Position numbers and translations under genes: made by a program. Shown here one piece after another: positions 1 through 12,150 of a stretch of 64,000 nucleotides of DNA. How positions within the stretch are numbered: position 1 is the stretch's first letter; each line of letters opens with the position of its first letter. Below the pieces are notes generated by a model. That model saw nothing but the letters and a program-made list of their open reading frames with translations, was not told where the DNA came from and did not search any database. The DNA comes from Bispira polyomma (taxonomy: Eukaryota), in NCBI GenBank assembly GCA_965649765.1, contig OZ287756.1, positions 36,270,001-36,334,000 on the forward strand, given 5' to 3'.

Positions 1-1130
1 ATTGATTGATGGAGAAACAGACAAGTGACTCTCAGAGTTTTGACACTATCGGCAGAGAGAGTGCTGTTGGTGGAAATAACTTTAGAACACCTTTTAGAAA
101 TTTTGTTTAGTCAGGATTCAATTTTAATTTAGAATAATTTATCCAAGATTCGATTGATGTGAGGCAGCTATTTAGCTGTTCCAGGACATGGAAATAATTT
201 GTGAAAGCTAGAGAGCAGTACATTTGTGTATAATCTGCATAAAAGTGATGGCTGATATTGTGGTGCAAGGATATTACCTAGTGGAGTTGTGTACAGTCAA
301 AAAGAAGGGGCCAAGGACAGAACTCTGTAGGATACGGAACAGGAGATGACTTTGCTCTGTTGACCCTGATGATTCGATCACAGCATTCTTGATAAGATTC
401 AATCCCTTGAAGAACTGAGGCTGATAGACCAAACCAAAAAAATAAGACATTCAGAGAGCATCTTGTGATCAATTGTGTCGCATGTGGCAAACAAGACGGT
501 GGTAGTTAGGACAACTACATCATTTATATCCAAGACCATGGTGATGTCATTGTTAATTTTTAGTAGTGCTGTCTCAGGTAAATGAATTTTTTTTGAAGGC
601 TGATCGGTGTGTGTTTCCTATATGGTTGGTAGGGAAGTGCAACAGCTTTCTCGTCCGTAATTTTTAAGGTTATTTCTGTCTAAGTTTGGCTTTTTGAGTA
701 GAACAATAACATTAAGAGTTCGGAAAGACTTTAGGGCAGCCCTCCTGAAGTGAGTAGTGTATTATGTTTGTGGTTAGAGTTACTAGAATATTTGCACAAT
801 CCTTTAGTAAGGAAGCGGGTATTTGGTATTCTGAACTTAATTAAGGTAGTTGGGTTGTGTGGTGGAGTTTGGATATTGAGAGAGGTGGGTGGTTTAAAAG
901 CCATACAAATTTTATTAATCTTTCTAGAAATCTTTTTTTCAAAACATATTAGCTGCTTCAGTAAGGCTGTTACAGCCTGCTATAACAGGATCTGTAACTT
1001 TATGGAGGATCTTATTAACAGAGTACCATAATTACCTGGAGTCGGCCCTGTTTCTGGAGATAAAAAAGTCACAATGATTTTTTTAAAAGTTTGACAGGAC
1101 CCTATTATAGTGGTTGACAACAACTGTTTT
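1..1130 (-). mobile_element. Degenerate L2/CR1-clade LINE ORF2 fragment (RT and upstream linker)
   Basis: Minus-strand reading gives decayed RT motifs (PYPTEFCPWPLLF ~ GVPQGSVLGPLLF at ~290-340; a TIDH-like segment at ~460-500). The DNA resembles the L2 fragment at 11300-11640. Confidence 0.7.
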
Positions 1131-1189
1131 CTATGAAAATTTAAATCTGTATAAAGTATTTGGAACCAAAGATTATAAATACTTCATAC

Positions 1190-1290
1190 CACAACGTCCT
1201 AATGCTGAATGCTACCACTCTCAATCTGTGCTAGAAGAAGCTTACCTGGCATCTGTATGGCCAAAAAAACTACAAGTATGACTCTTGTGA
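1190..1290 (+). pseudogene. Truncated TLR remnant (copy 1): LRR piece joined directly to the TIR C-terminus
   Basis: aacgtcctaatgctgaatgctaccactctcaatctgt matches ~4555-4592 of the intact TLR. It is followed at once by ctagaagaagcttacctggcatctgtatgg, which matches 5461-5490. The flank 1290-1960 matches 5510-6180. Confidence 0.85.
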
Positions 1291-2914
1291 TTCTTTCACA
1301 GAATAATTTTATATTAAGGAAAGACATTTTTTTCAATTTATGTGTGTCTGGACTGAATAAGTAAATTACCATATTCTAGTAAAGCAAATATTTTTGGAAG
1401 TAGTTCTTTTTTGAAAAGTGTAATGTCAACAGATATAATCATGTAGAATACACATGTATAGCACATAATAAAAGATATTGAGCACATTGTTTGTGTATGT
1501 TTACTGAACTTTATGGCCCACTGTCTTGTTCTATTCCAGTTTAAATTATTCAGCTGGAATAGACAAAAAACATTGGTCTCAAAAGCTATTGACCAGTTAC
1601 TTATAATCAAGGAGTAGTATGGACATAGGAGAGAATATGTTTAGATATAGGTGACTTCAAACTGGAAATCTTCTAAAATTTATACGACAAAACAGTCTGA
1701 ATAAAGCGTTTGTTTTTTGTAGATAATGGACTTGGCAGCTCCAACCTTCAAGGGATTATGCAAGTTCAGGACATTTCTGACTCATTTTAATGAATGTTGT
1801 ATTAATGTGTTTGTTTCAAAGTCAGGTGATGTTAATCGTATTGTTAAATGGTGTACCTGGTCCGACAATTAACGTCCATCAAGTATTTTTGTTACCATTC
1901 TATGCCCATAGTACATATTCAAGACATACAGGTCATGGTGGCAAATCTTTCATTTTTAGAAACTAGTTGACTAGAATAATTAGATGACTGACTTAAACTT
2001 GCTTGCTCAATCTTAGCTGAGTTGCTTTTTAAAATTTCCTTCAATGCATTTCTATGAAGTACATTTGCTTTGACCCAAATTTCACAACAGCTGGCAACTG
2101 TTTTTAGGTAAAGACACTTTATAAAATATACACTTTTTTAAGGTGTAAGTTAAATACCCTTGTGCTTTCTTCGAAAGTTAAGGTAAATATACAACAAAAA
2201 AAAAATGGGAAGATTAAATCACTCAAGTTTAGATCAGACCTTCAGGTAGTTTATTTATTTTTAAATTGTATTTGTTTTTGTCAAACAAATAAAGTGGCAA
2301 GTCCTATTTAAAAAGTGACAAATATTCCCAAACAGAAATTTCAGGAAGCCATTAAAACTTTTTTCATACAAGCTAAACTTTCCATCAAAATTTCTTCACA
2401 AGGTAAAATAATTCTTTGCAATGCATTATGTTCCGAATATTTTCATGAATACCTTCGGGTACTTCCCAAGTACAATCATACTTCCTCATTTCTTGGATAT
2501 TTTATTGAATTGAGCAGGAGATCTAAATTTTACCACACCTTTCAAATTTGCCACGTGATAAAGTTTTAATAATTTAATTTGTGCAAATAGAAATTAAAAC
2601 ACTGAAAGGATTTTTAAAATAAAATTATGGCAGAATTTACATGTGTCACAAATCAGGTAGCATCTACTTCTAGGTTCTTTACTACGAAGTACATTTTATA
2701 ATCTTTCATGTTAGGTCTGCTAGTTGTTCTACTACCTCAACTACTTATCAGAGAATTAATGTCAAATTTTCTAATTGTATAAATAATTAAACTTCCTAGA
2801 ATGGTCCAATATACAATAACATTATTTTTCCATTATTAATGACATAGAAGACAAATCAAACCAACAGAACATAATAATAATATTATAGTTGCCAGTCAAA
2901 CGATTATTTGAGAC

Positions 2915-5509
2915 ATGGAAAATAAGGTGGTAACATTTTATTTTCTGTTTTGTTTATCTTGGATAATATCTAATGCATGTGTCAGCTGCCTCACTACCTT
3001 AGTAGCTGATTCTGAAGATAGAAACCAAATAAAAAGAAATTTGTATTATCAGAGAGACAAGTACTGCAGTATCGATGATATCACTCCTACCACAGAGGGA
3101 TGCCATTTCTGTTATCTGATTGCAGTGTGCTTAACTGATAATTACAATGTCAATACCATCTTGTATAACTTACCACATGATATTGAGAAACTGAGATTTA
3201 TTCTGAAAAACAACAAACCAGGTGAGTTTGTCATAGAACGACACCCTATCAATCTCACCAGCATATCCAGGTTCAACAGACTGAAGAAATTCCAGATACA
3301 GATGAACCCAGATGATATGACACTACTGGAACCCAATAAGCTTTACTTTCAGCCTGACACTTTAATAAACATGACGTCACTAACATACCTTGGAATTAAT
3401 GTGCAACTCAATGACAAAACAGACTTGATACAAATGGCCAAATATTTTAATTCCATAGAAATCTTGGATTTATCGCAAACAGTATATTTAGGACAAAAGG
3501 CTGTCACTAATGTTCTGTCTGTCCTTGACAAAACATATTTGCGAAGCTTATTATTGTCTCATTTTCAAACAATCGGATCACCAGGATATTCACACAAGCT
3601 CAACATAAGTTCCTTTTTTGGATCAGATGAACCGCTCAATGTTCTCCAGTTAGACCTGAGCCATAATTATTTAGGTGTCATTCACCCAAGCATATCTACC
3701 GTGTTTCCTAATCTCACAACACTGGATATATCCTACAATATGCTGATTCTTAATGTAAATACGGCATTCTACATAGAAACTTTCCTTCATGGACAGCTAC
3801 AGTCTATTAACATTGGTAATCAAGGATTCAGTCAGACTGAGTTTCAACAATCATCTACTAAATCAGATGTTGTTTTTGATAAGTCTAAAGATATCAGGTT
3901 GTTTAATGGAATAGCATATTTTATATCAGTATCTAGGTGTATCAATCAATTCTCGGGAAAGAATGCATCCCACATACTTCACAATAACAACATTCTTTGT
4001 GCCATAATGTCTTGTGTAGTGACTGAAACAATCCCATTCCCCTGCCATTTGCTGGGTACATTTGACAAAGCCTTTGATTCCAGTTGCATTATCGGTGTAA
4101 TATTACCATTCTTTAACAATTCAAGAAGCCTTAATATGGATAACCTTAACTGGATTATACCAGAAGGATTTAAGATGTCTGGAAAATTGTGTTTTAAAAA
4201 TGCCAAAATTGTAAATGTATCCTTTAGAAATAATGAATACTTGTTTCAAAATGAGTATTTGGAAAAAAGCATAAACTCTTTTACAGATGTAATTGGGGTG
4301 AATGAGCTTGAACATTTTGACTTATCAAACAATAAGGCTGCAATCATACTGCCACTCAATGTGACTTGTAGGTTTCAAACACTGCTGACATTTAAACTTA
4401 CAAATAATAATGTGATCTTTCGCAATAAAAGTGTGTGTATAAAATGGCCGAACATAAGACAGTTAAATTTTGATGAAAATAATTTAACAGATGAGAAATT
4501 ACCAAATATGGTATTTCATAACTGTTCAAAATTAGAGCAACTTGTTCTCAGCAATAACGTCCTGAAGCTAAATGCTACCACTCTCAATCTGTCAGGAAAT
4601 GTTAACTTACATTTACTTGATTTAAGTAATAATAGGATTAATATTTTACCTAAAAGTTTGAGGCAAGGTTTAGATCAAATAGCAAGCTATCAACTAAAGA
4701 ATGGTGGTCACATTCAGATAGTAGTTGTTTTGTTTGATAATCACATCCAATGTTCATGCAGTGAACAAGATCTGTATTTTACTGAATGGTTTTCTCAAAC
4801 TAAAGTGAAAGTTCAAATAGCTGAACAGGTCATATGTAATGGAAACGATGGTTTACAGCTGTTGAATAATGAGACCTGGAGCATGTTTTATCAAGAATGT
4901 TCAAAGATAGGTCTTATAATCAAATGTGTTGCAGCAACTGGCTCTTTCACCTTCATTGTATTTTCAATGTCTTTGATGTATATATTTAGATGGAAACTCA
5001 GATACAATTGGTTTAATTTATGTGAACAAACTAAAAGGCTTTGCTACATGGAATCTAGAGTTGAATACACAGGTACATGGAAGTATGATGTTTTTGTCTC
5101 CTACTCTGCAGATGATCGCTTTTGGGTTCATGATGCTTTGATGAAAACATTAGAAGATAGGTATGGCTTTAAGCTTTGCATCCACTACAGGGATTTCCCT
5201 TTAGGTGCAACCATATCTAGTGCAATTATACAGGCCATTGAAGACAGTAATCAGCTCATTGTGGTTGTCAGTAATAGATCCATTACACGACCATGGTGTC
5301 ATTTTGAACTGGAAACGGCCATTTCTGAGGCAAAGAAGAGGGGCACCAAACTGTTACTGATCAAACTAGGGGATTTCTTCCCTCCTGAAAACGTGTGGTC
5401 AGTGATGAACAACAATGTCTACCTTCAGTGGTCTTCCCATCCGGTTGCAGAAAAACTTTTCTGGAAGAAGCTTATCTGCCATCTGTATGGCAAAAAACTA
5501 CAAGCATAA
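2915..5509 (+). CDS. Toll-like receptor, single-exon, 864 aa, single juxtamembrane cysteine cluster type
   Basis: Signal peptide (MENKVVTFYFLFCLSWIISNAC); many LxxLxLxxN repeats; LRRCT (NHIQCSC...W...C...C); TM helix (IGLIIKCVAATGSFTFIVFSMSLMYIF); TIR boxes YDVFVSYS, LCIHYRDFPLG, WCHFEL, LFWKKL. The ORF is uninterrupted. Confidence 0.96.
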   Translation: MENKVVTFYFLFCLSWIISNACVSCLTTLVADSEDRNQIKRNLYYQRDKYCSIDDITPTTEGCHFCYLIAVCLTDNYNVNTILYNLPHDIEKLRFILKNNKPGEFVIERHPINLTSISRFNRLKKFQIQMNPDDMTLLEPNKLYFQPDTLINMTSLTYLGINVQLNDKTDLIQMAKYFNSIEILDLSQTVYLGQKAVTNVLSVLDKTYLRSLLLSHFQTIGSPGYSHKLNISSFFGSDEPLNVLQLDLSHNYLGVIHPSISTVFPNLTTLDISYNMLILNVNTAFYIETFLHGQLQSINIGNQGFSQTEFQQSSTKSDVVFDKSKDIRLFNGIAYFISVSRCINQFSGKNASHILHNNNILCAIMSCVVTETIPFPCHLLGTFDKAFDSSCIIGVILPFFNNSRSLNMDNLNWIIPEGFKMSGKLCFKNAKIVNVSFRNNEYLFQNEYLEKSINSFTDVIGVNELEHFDLSNNKAAIILPLNVTCRFQTLLTFKLTNNNVIFRNKSVCIKWPNIRQLNFDENNLTDEKLPNMVFHNCSKLEQLVLSNNVLKLNATTLNLSGNVNLHLLDLSNNRINILPKSLRQGLDQIASYQLKNGGHIQIVVVLFDNHIQCSCSEQDLYFTEWFSQTKVKVQIAEQVICNGNDGLQLLNNETWSMFYQECSKIGLIIKCVAATGSFTFIVFSMSLMYIFRWKLRYNWFNLCEQTKRLCYMESRVEYTGTWKYDVFVSYSADDRFWVHDALMKTLEDRYGFKLCIHYRDFPLGATISSAIIQAIEDSNQLIVVVSNRSITRPWCHFELETAISEAKKRGTKLLLIKLGDFFPPENVWSVMNNNVYLQWSSHPVAEKLFWKKLICHLYGKKLQA

Positions 5510-6983
5510 CATGTGTGGTTCTTCCACAGAATAATTTTATGATAAGGAAAGACATTTCTTCAAATTATGTGTATCTGTATTCAATAGTACATTATCATAT
5601 TCTAGTAAAGCAAATATTGTTGGAAGTAGTTTTTTCTTAAAAAGTGTGACGTCAATAAATATAATCATGTAGAAAACACATGTTCGAGACATAATAAAAT
5701 ACATTGAGCAAGTGGTCTGTGTATGTGTATTAAACTTTACAGCTCTTTGGTTTGTAACAATTCCAGTTCAAACTCTTCAGCTGGAATTGATATGGTCAAA
5801 GAACATTGGTCTCAATAAACTATTGACCAGTTACTTATTATGAAGGAGTAGTGTGGACATCGCAGGGAATATGTTTAGATATAGGTGCTTTTAAAGAGGA
5901 AAGTTTTCCAAACTTTATTCGACAAACATGAGTCGTAACGTGTTTGTCCTTTTGGAGATAATGGACTTGGCAGCTCTAATCTTCAAGTCATTATGCAAAT
6001 TCAGGAAATTTCTGACTAATGGTAATGAATGTTGCATTAATTTGTTTGTTTCAAAGTTAGGTGTTTGGTACTTTGGTGATAAATGGTGTACCTGGTATGA
6101 CAACTACTCCAGCCAGTATTTGTGTTAGCATTCTATGGTCGTAGTAGATTTTCAAGACACATCGATCTGAAATGATGGCAAATCATAAATTTTTCCCTTT
6201 TATAAAATATGTCTAACCTGTATCAAACCGACAGCACTCACCATTTAGACGCTTATATGCATTTCTATTAAGTCTAATTTCCTTAAGTGGTTTTATGACT
6301 TTAAACCATTTCAATATGACCCAAACTTTGCCGACCAAACTGGCCACTATTCGGTCTGTAAAACATGTTTTATTAACTACATCCCCTACTTTTTCCCTTA
6401 AGGCTGAAGTTAAATACCCTCGCTTAAGATTAGATTAGCCATTTATGTAGTTTATTTTCAAACTATGCTTTTATTTCTTACAAAATTAAGATTTCTAAAT
6501 AAAATTTGTGGAAGCCATTGGAATAAGAACAGTCCAAACTTTTTTTAATCAAACTAAACTCTTCATTAAACGTTCTTAAGAAAGTAAATTAATTATATAC
6601 AATGCATTCTACTTGTTCCTTATATTTTGTGAATACCTTTGGGTACTTCCCAAGTAGATTCATACTTCCTCATTTCTGAACTATTTTATTGTATAGAGCA
6701 GGAGATTTTATCACACATTTCAAATTTTACACATGACAACGACATGACTACGTTCTTTACTCTGGAGTACATTTTTGAAACCTTTCATGTCAGGTCTGCG
6801 TGTTTTTCTACCACCTCTCAAAGAATTAATGCTAAATTTCCTGAATAAATAAATAACTAAACTTCCTAAAACAATCCACCAAACAATGTCAATATTTATT
6901 CTACTAGTATTGACATAGACAAATCAAAACAGCAGAGTATAACAATAATATTATAGTTGCCAGTCAAAAGTTAATTTTAAAAC

Positions 6984-8842
6984 ATGGAAAATGTAATAGT
7001 AACCTTTTACGTTCTGTTTTGTTTATCTTGGATAATACCTAATGCACGTGTCAACTGCCTCACTACCCTAATAGCTGAAACAGAAGCTAGAAACCAAATA
7101 GAGAGAAATATGTATAATCAGCGAAACAAGACCTGCAGTTTAGAAGATATCACTTCTACTACAAAGGGATGCCATTTATGTTATCTCAGTGCAGTGTGCT
7201 TAACCAATAATTAAAATGTACATACCAACTTGTCTAACTTACCAGATGATATTGAGAAACTGAGATTTATTCTGAAAAACAACAAACCAGGTGAGTTTCT
7301 CATAGAACAAGACCCTATCAATCTCACCAGCATATCCAGGTTCTAGATTTATTCTGAAAATACAACAAACCAGGTGTGTTTCTCATAGAATAAGACCCTA
7401 TCAATCAGCATATCCAGGTTCTACAGTCTGACGAAATTCCAAATTGAGATGAATGAACCCAGATGAGATGATGGTACTGGAACACAATCAGCTTTACTTT
7501 CTGCCTGACACCTTTATAAACCTGAAGTCAGTGACATACCTAGGAATTAATGTGCAACTCAATGATGAAACAGACTTGATGCAAATGGCCAAATATTTTG
7601 CTTCCATTGAAACATTAGATTTATCGCAAACAGTAACTTTAGGACAAAGGGTTGTCACTTATGTGTTGTCTGTTTTTGACAAAACATATTTGCGGAGCTT
7701 ATTACTGTCTCATTTTCAAATAATCAGATCATCTGGATTTTCATACATACTCAACATAAGCTTCTGTTTTGGATCAGATGAACCACTCAATGTTCTCCAT
7801 TTAGACTTGAGCCAAAGTTATTTGTGTGTCATTCACCCAAGCATGTCTACCGTACTTCCTAATCTCACAATTAGAGCAACTCGTTCTCAGATATAACGTC
7901 TTGAAGCTAAATGCTACCACTCTCAATCTGTCAGGAAACGTTAACTTACATTTACTTGATTTAAGTAATAATAGGATTAATATTTTACCTAAAAGTTTGA
8001 GGCAAGGTTTGGATGATATACTATCAACTACAGAATGGTGGTCACATTTAGATAGTAGGTGTTTTGTTTAATAATTACATCCAATATTTATGCAGTGAAC
8101 GAGATCTGTCTTTTCGTGAATGGTTTTTTGCAAACCAAAGTGAAAGTTCAAATAGCTGAACAGGTCATATGTAATGGAAATGATGGTTTACAGTTGAAAA
8201 ATGATACCTGGGGAAAGTTCCATAAAGAATGTTCATATATAGGTTTTATAATCAAATATGTGGCAACAACTGGCTCTTTCACCTTCATTATATTTTTCAT
8301 GTCCTTCATGTATATATTTAGATGGAAACTCAGATACAATTTGTTTGAAATGAGTGAACAAATTAAGAGACTTTGCTGTGTGGAACCTAGACTTGAATAC
8401 ACAGGGAAAAGGAAGTATGATGTCCTTGTCTCCTACTCTGCAGATGATCAATTTTGGGTTCATCATGCATTGGTGAAAACATTAGAAGATAGTCACGCCT
8501 TTAAGCTTTGCATCCCCTACAGGGGTTTTCCTTTAGGTGCAACCATATCTAGTGCAATAAGGTCAGGCCATTGAAGACAGTAATCAGCTCATAGTGGCTG
8601 TCAGTGATAAATCCATTACATGACCATAGTGTCATTTTGAACTGGAAACTGCTATCTCTGAGGCAAAAAAGAGGGACACCAAACTGTTACTGATCAAACT
8701 GGGGAATTTCCTCCCGCCTGAAAACATGTGGTTAGTGATGAACAATAATGTCTATCCTTAGTGGCCTTACCATCCAGAGGCAGAAAAACTGTTCTGAAAA
8801 AAATTCATTTGCCATCCGTATGGCAAAAAACTACAAGGATGA
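6984..8842 (+). pseudogene. TLR pseudogene (copy 3), close paralog of 2915-5509
   Basis: Colinear with the intact gene. It has a stop at 7212-7214, an ~80 bp tandem duplication (~7263-7425), an ~812 bp out-of-frame deletion at 7870/7871, and further frameshifts and stops in the TIR. Confidence 0.95.
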
Positions 8843-9214
8843 CTTGTGCAGTTTTGTTACTGAATAATTTTTCTTAAAATTATGTGTATCTGTATTCAAT
8901 AGTACATTACAATATTCTAGTAAAGCAAATATTTTTGAAAGTAGTTCTTTCTTGAAACGTGTGACGTCAATAAATATAATAATGTAGAATACATATGTAT
9001 GATACATATTAAAATACATTGAGCACATAGATTGTGGATAAAACTTTATGGCCCACTTTCTTGTTCTGTTGCAGTTCAAATTACTCAGCAGGAATTGCAA
9101 TGGACAAAGAAGGAGTAGTATAGACATAGGAGGGAATATGTTTAGATATAGGGTGCCTTTGAACTGGAAAGTTTTCCAAACCTTATTCGACAAAACATGA
9201 ATCTGAATAAAATG

Positions 9215-10080
9215 TTTGTTCAAAACAATTTCTCAATAACGTAAATTATTTATATACCTTGCGGTATGTTCTGGTCCGATCGAATTACGTTAGGATATGT
9301 ATGTGATGCATAGCCCTGTAAGATATTTGATGCACAAATCCACGCAAAAGCTGAGAAATGTAAGAACGTGGTGTGGTTCAACGTATATTTCCATGACTGC
9401 AGCAAGACAGAATGCAAAGGTAACAAGAATGACGTCATCAATTTGTGTATGAAACCTCATGTCTGGACAGTGCTACGGTAAAATATAGCGTTTTGTATGC
9501 AACTGATGGCTGACTTATATGAGTAGTTTCCCTTTAAGTTTTTAGTGTACTAATTAACCATATTTTTCAAAACGTTATGTACATATCTATAAATGTATAT
9601 GTGTAGAATTGTTTTAAAACTTTTGTGAAACTAATTGAGATACATTTAATACACAATAACCTGAAATTCAAAGCAGTCCTTCACAACTCATGCTAAATAC
9701 TGGTGGAGAGATGGTGGCTGCAAACCAAAATATTCACTTATTTTGGTTGTCCTAAAACAAGCTTTACAGTTTGTCAAAACTTTGAATAACAAACCTACTG
9801 CCTGAAGATACAGCTTTAAATTCTTTTTAAAGTCAAAAAAAGCTAATGTTTTGCTTATTTCTGTAAATCCCCAATGAACCAGGCTACATCGTTTGCGTGT
9901 CAAAATTTTGAATAGTTCAAAATTTTATATTTTTGCGTACCAACTTCCACGTCAGATTATGTATTTGTATGTAAAATTCGTCAAACCATGTACACACCTT
10001 GTAAAACCTACGGAAATTGATTTTTTAAACGATTTGGTGGCAGGCAGCACCGAGGCATTACACATGTTCCTAATACTTTT
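9215..10080 (-). mobile_element. PIF/Harbinger-derived element with transposase C-terminal remnant
   Basis: ORF 9688-9903(-), VHWGFTEISKTLAFFDFKKNLKLYLQAVGLLFKVLTNCKACF...YFGLQPPSLHQYL, resembles the C-terminus of Harbinger DDE_Tnp_4 transposases. The segment interrupts the TLR tandem unit, and its right end (9900-10045) resembles 25250-25400. Confidence 0.75.
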
Positions 10081-10620
10081 ATGAATACCTTGGGGTACTT
10101 CCCAAGTACATTCATATATCTTTATTTCTTGAATATTTTATTGTTTTGAGTGAGGAACTACATTTTATCACAACTTACACATTTGCAACATGACAAAGCT
10201 TGAATAATTTAAAAATAAAAATTAATTTGTGCAAATAAAAAATAAACATAACTTTTTTTAAAAAGCAAATATACTTTTTTTAAATTATCGTATATTTTAC
10301 ATGTGCTTCAGATTAGATAGCAACTATTTCTGGGTTCTTTACTCTGAAGTACATTTTATAACCTTTCAAGTCAGGCCTGTGATTTATTCTACTAACTCAA
10401 CTACCTGTTGGAAAATTAATGCCAAACTTTCTAAATATATAAATAGCTAAACTTCCTAAAACAGTCCATAATACAGTAACAATATTTACCCCATTATTTT
10501 TGACACAGTGGAAAAATCAAAAGAGCAGAACATAGTAATAATAGTTTAAAGTTTGTTTAAAAACATGAAAAACCCCGGATGGTAGTAAATTGCTTTATTT
10601 CTTCCTCCTTGTCAGTTTAA
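10080..10620 (+). pseudogene. TLR copy 4: upstream region and start codon only
   Basis: 10080-10565 aligns with 2445-2915 and 6630-6984 and ends in aaacATGaaaaa at 10565 (cf. gacATGgaaaat). Similarity is lost after a few codons. Confidence 0.75.
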
Positions 10621-10859
10621 GACAAATAAGTCATTTAGACCAGGGCTCAGCACTAAAGTAGCTATTACTCATTTAGCTATAGTGCTACACCTTTGTAACC
10701 TAACTAGGTTGTGGAAAATTAAAATCTAACTGGATAACTTATTTCACAAAAACTGCCTAGCAATAATGGTAATATTTTTAGGCCTATAGTACCACAAATC
10801 AATGACCAGGCATCACCTGTGGCACACATCCCAATGAATATGCCAAAAGATAATCCGAT

Positions 10860-12150
10860 TAACAATTCTGCAAAGATGGTTTAAAAAATTTTTCAGCTTG
10901 TTTATTTGCCCCTGTCCAATTCCATGTGGTAGTGAGTTGCAGTAATCAAGTCGACTTCACCATGGCATTTGTAACCGCAACAACATTTTTCAGACTTAGG
11001 CGCTGACGAATCTTACAAAAGTGATTCCCAGTTGTTTGGCACTGTCAACAGGAATAGTGCTGTTACCAAGGAGAGTTGCTGGAGAGAACTTTAAAACCTT
11101 TCCCCTTTGATGTTTAGAGGCAATAAGTAGAAATATAGTTTTGTCAGGGTTCATTTTCAATATAAAATAATTCATCCTATGTTTAATAGAAGTGAAGTGT
11201 TCAGGACATGGGAACAATTTTGGGGGTGAGGAAGCAGTAGATTTGTGTATCCTCCGCAAAAAAATGATTGCTTATATTGTGGATATTACTTTTCCAAGTG
11301 GAGTTGTGTACAGTGAAAACAGAAGGGGCCCAATGACAGACCTCTGTTTGACAATTAGCGGGACACTCTGACTTGGCTCAGCTAACACCGATGATTTGAT
11401 CACCTCGCTTAAGATAATATTTAATCCACTGAAGAACTGCTAGACCAAAGTCTGCTAGATCAAAATGAGAATTAAAACATTCAGAGACTATCTTGTGATC
11501 TATTGTGTGAAATGCAGCAGACAAGTCACGAAGGGTCAGGGCAACTACACCATTTTTATCCAAGACTATGTGAGAGAGTCATAATGATTCCTTTTATATT
11601 TTGATAGGATCCTTATATAGTGGTTGACAGCAGTTCTGTAATGTGATCAGTCTATCCTGGATTTTGTATGGTGTCAAATTTTTTGAATGAATCTTTTTCA
11701 CCTCTCGGCATTGAGTATTTCTGGGGTGATCTGGATGAAGCCTGGATATGACAATACGATTCTTTCGCAGAGGTGGGAATCCTTGTCAATGATTTCTCCC
11801 AAGACAGTGTTATATTTGTTAAACGAATCAGTGGCATTTATCCTGGGGTTTCCGACAAGTTGGGACAATGCAATGTCATCTTTGAATCTGGTAGTGTTGG
11901 TTTTATCTATTTTTTTAAACTTGATAGTTTTGCCTATTGTATATATATGAGAAAATTTAATGTACACCCCAACAGTGAAATGACCTGAAATACCCTCTGC
12001 CATGTATGATTCTACAAAGATGAAAGAATCTGACTTTGTTATTACTAAATCTTTCAAATAAAGTTCAGATGGATGTCTTACAAAGTACAGTGAGCTTCAT
12101 TCTATTATCAATAGATGAGAATCTATCAAGCCATAGGTATTCCCATGTAG
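10860..12150 (-). mobile_element. L2/CR1-clade LINE ORF2 relic (endonuclease end plus RT)
   Basis: DLVIT...GISGH (APE C-terminal SDH-like motif), DLSAAFHTIDH and LKMNPDKT in minus-strand ORFs; multiple frameshifts. Confidence 0.9.

Noticed and set aside
3142-4315. Short antisense ORFs within the TLR and Ngaro genes
   Set aside because: Shadow ORFs with no recognisable motifs.
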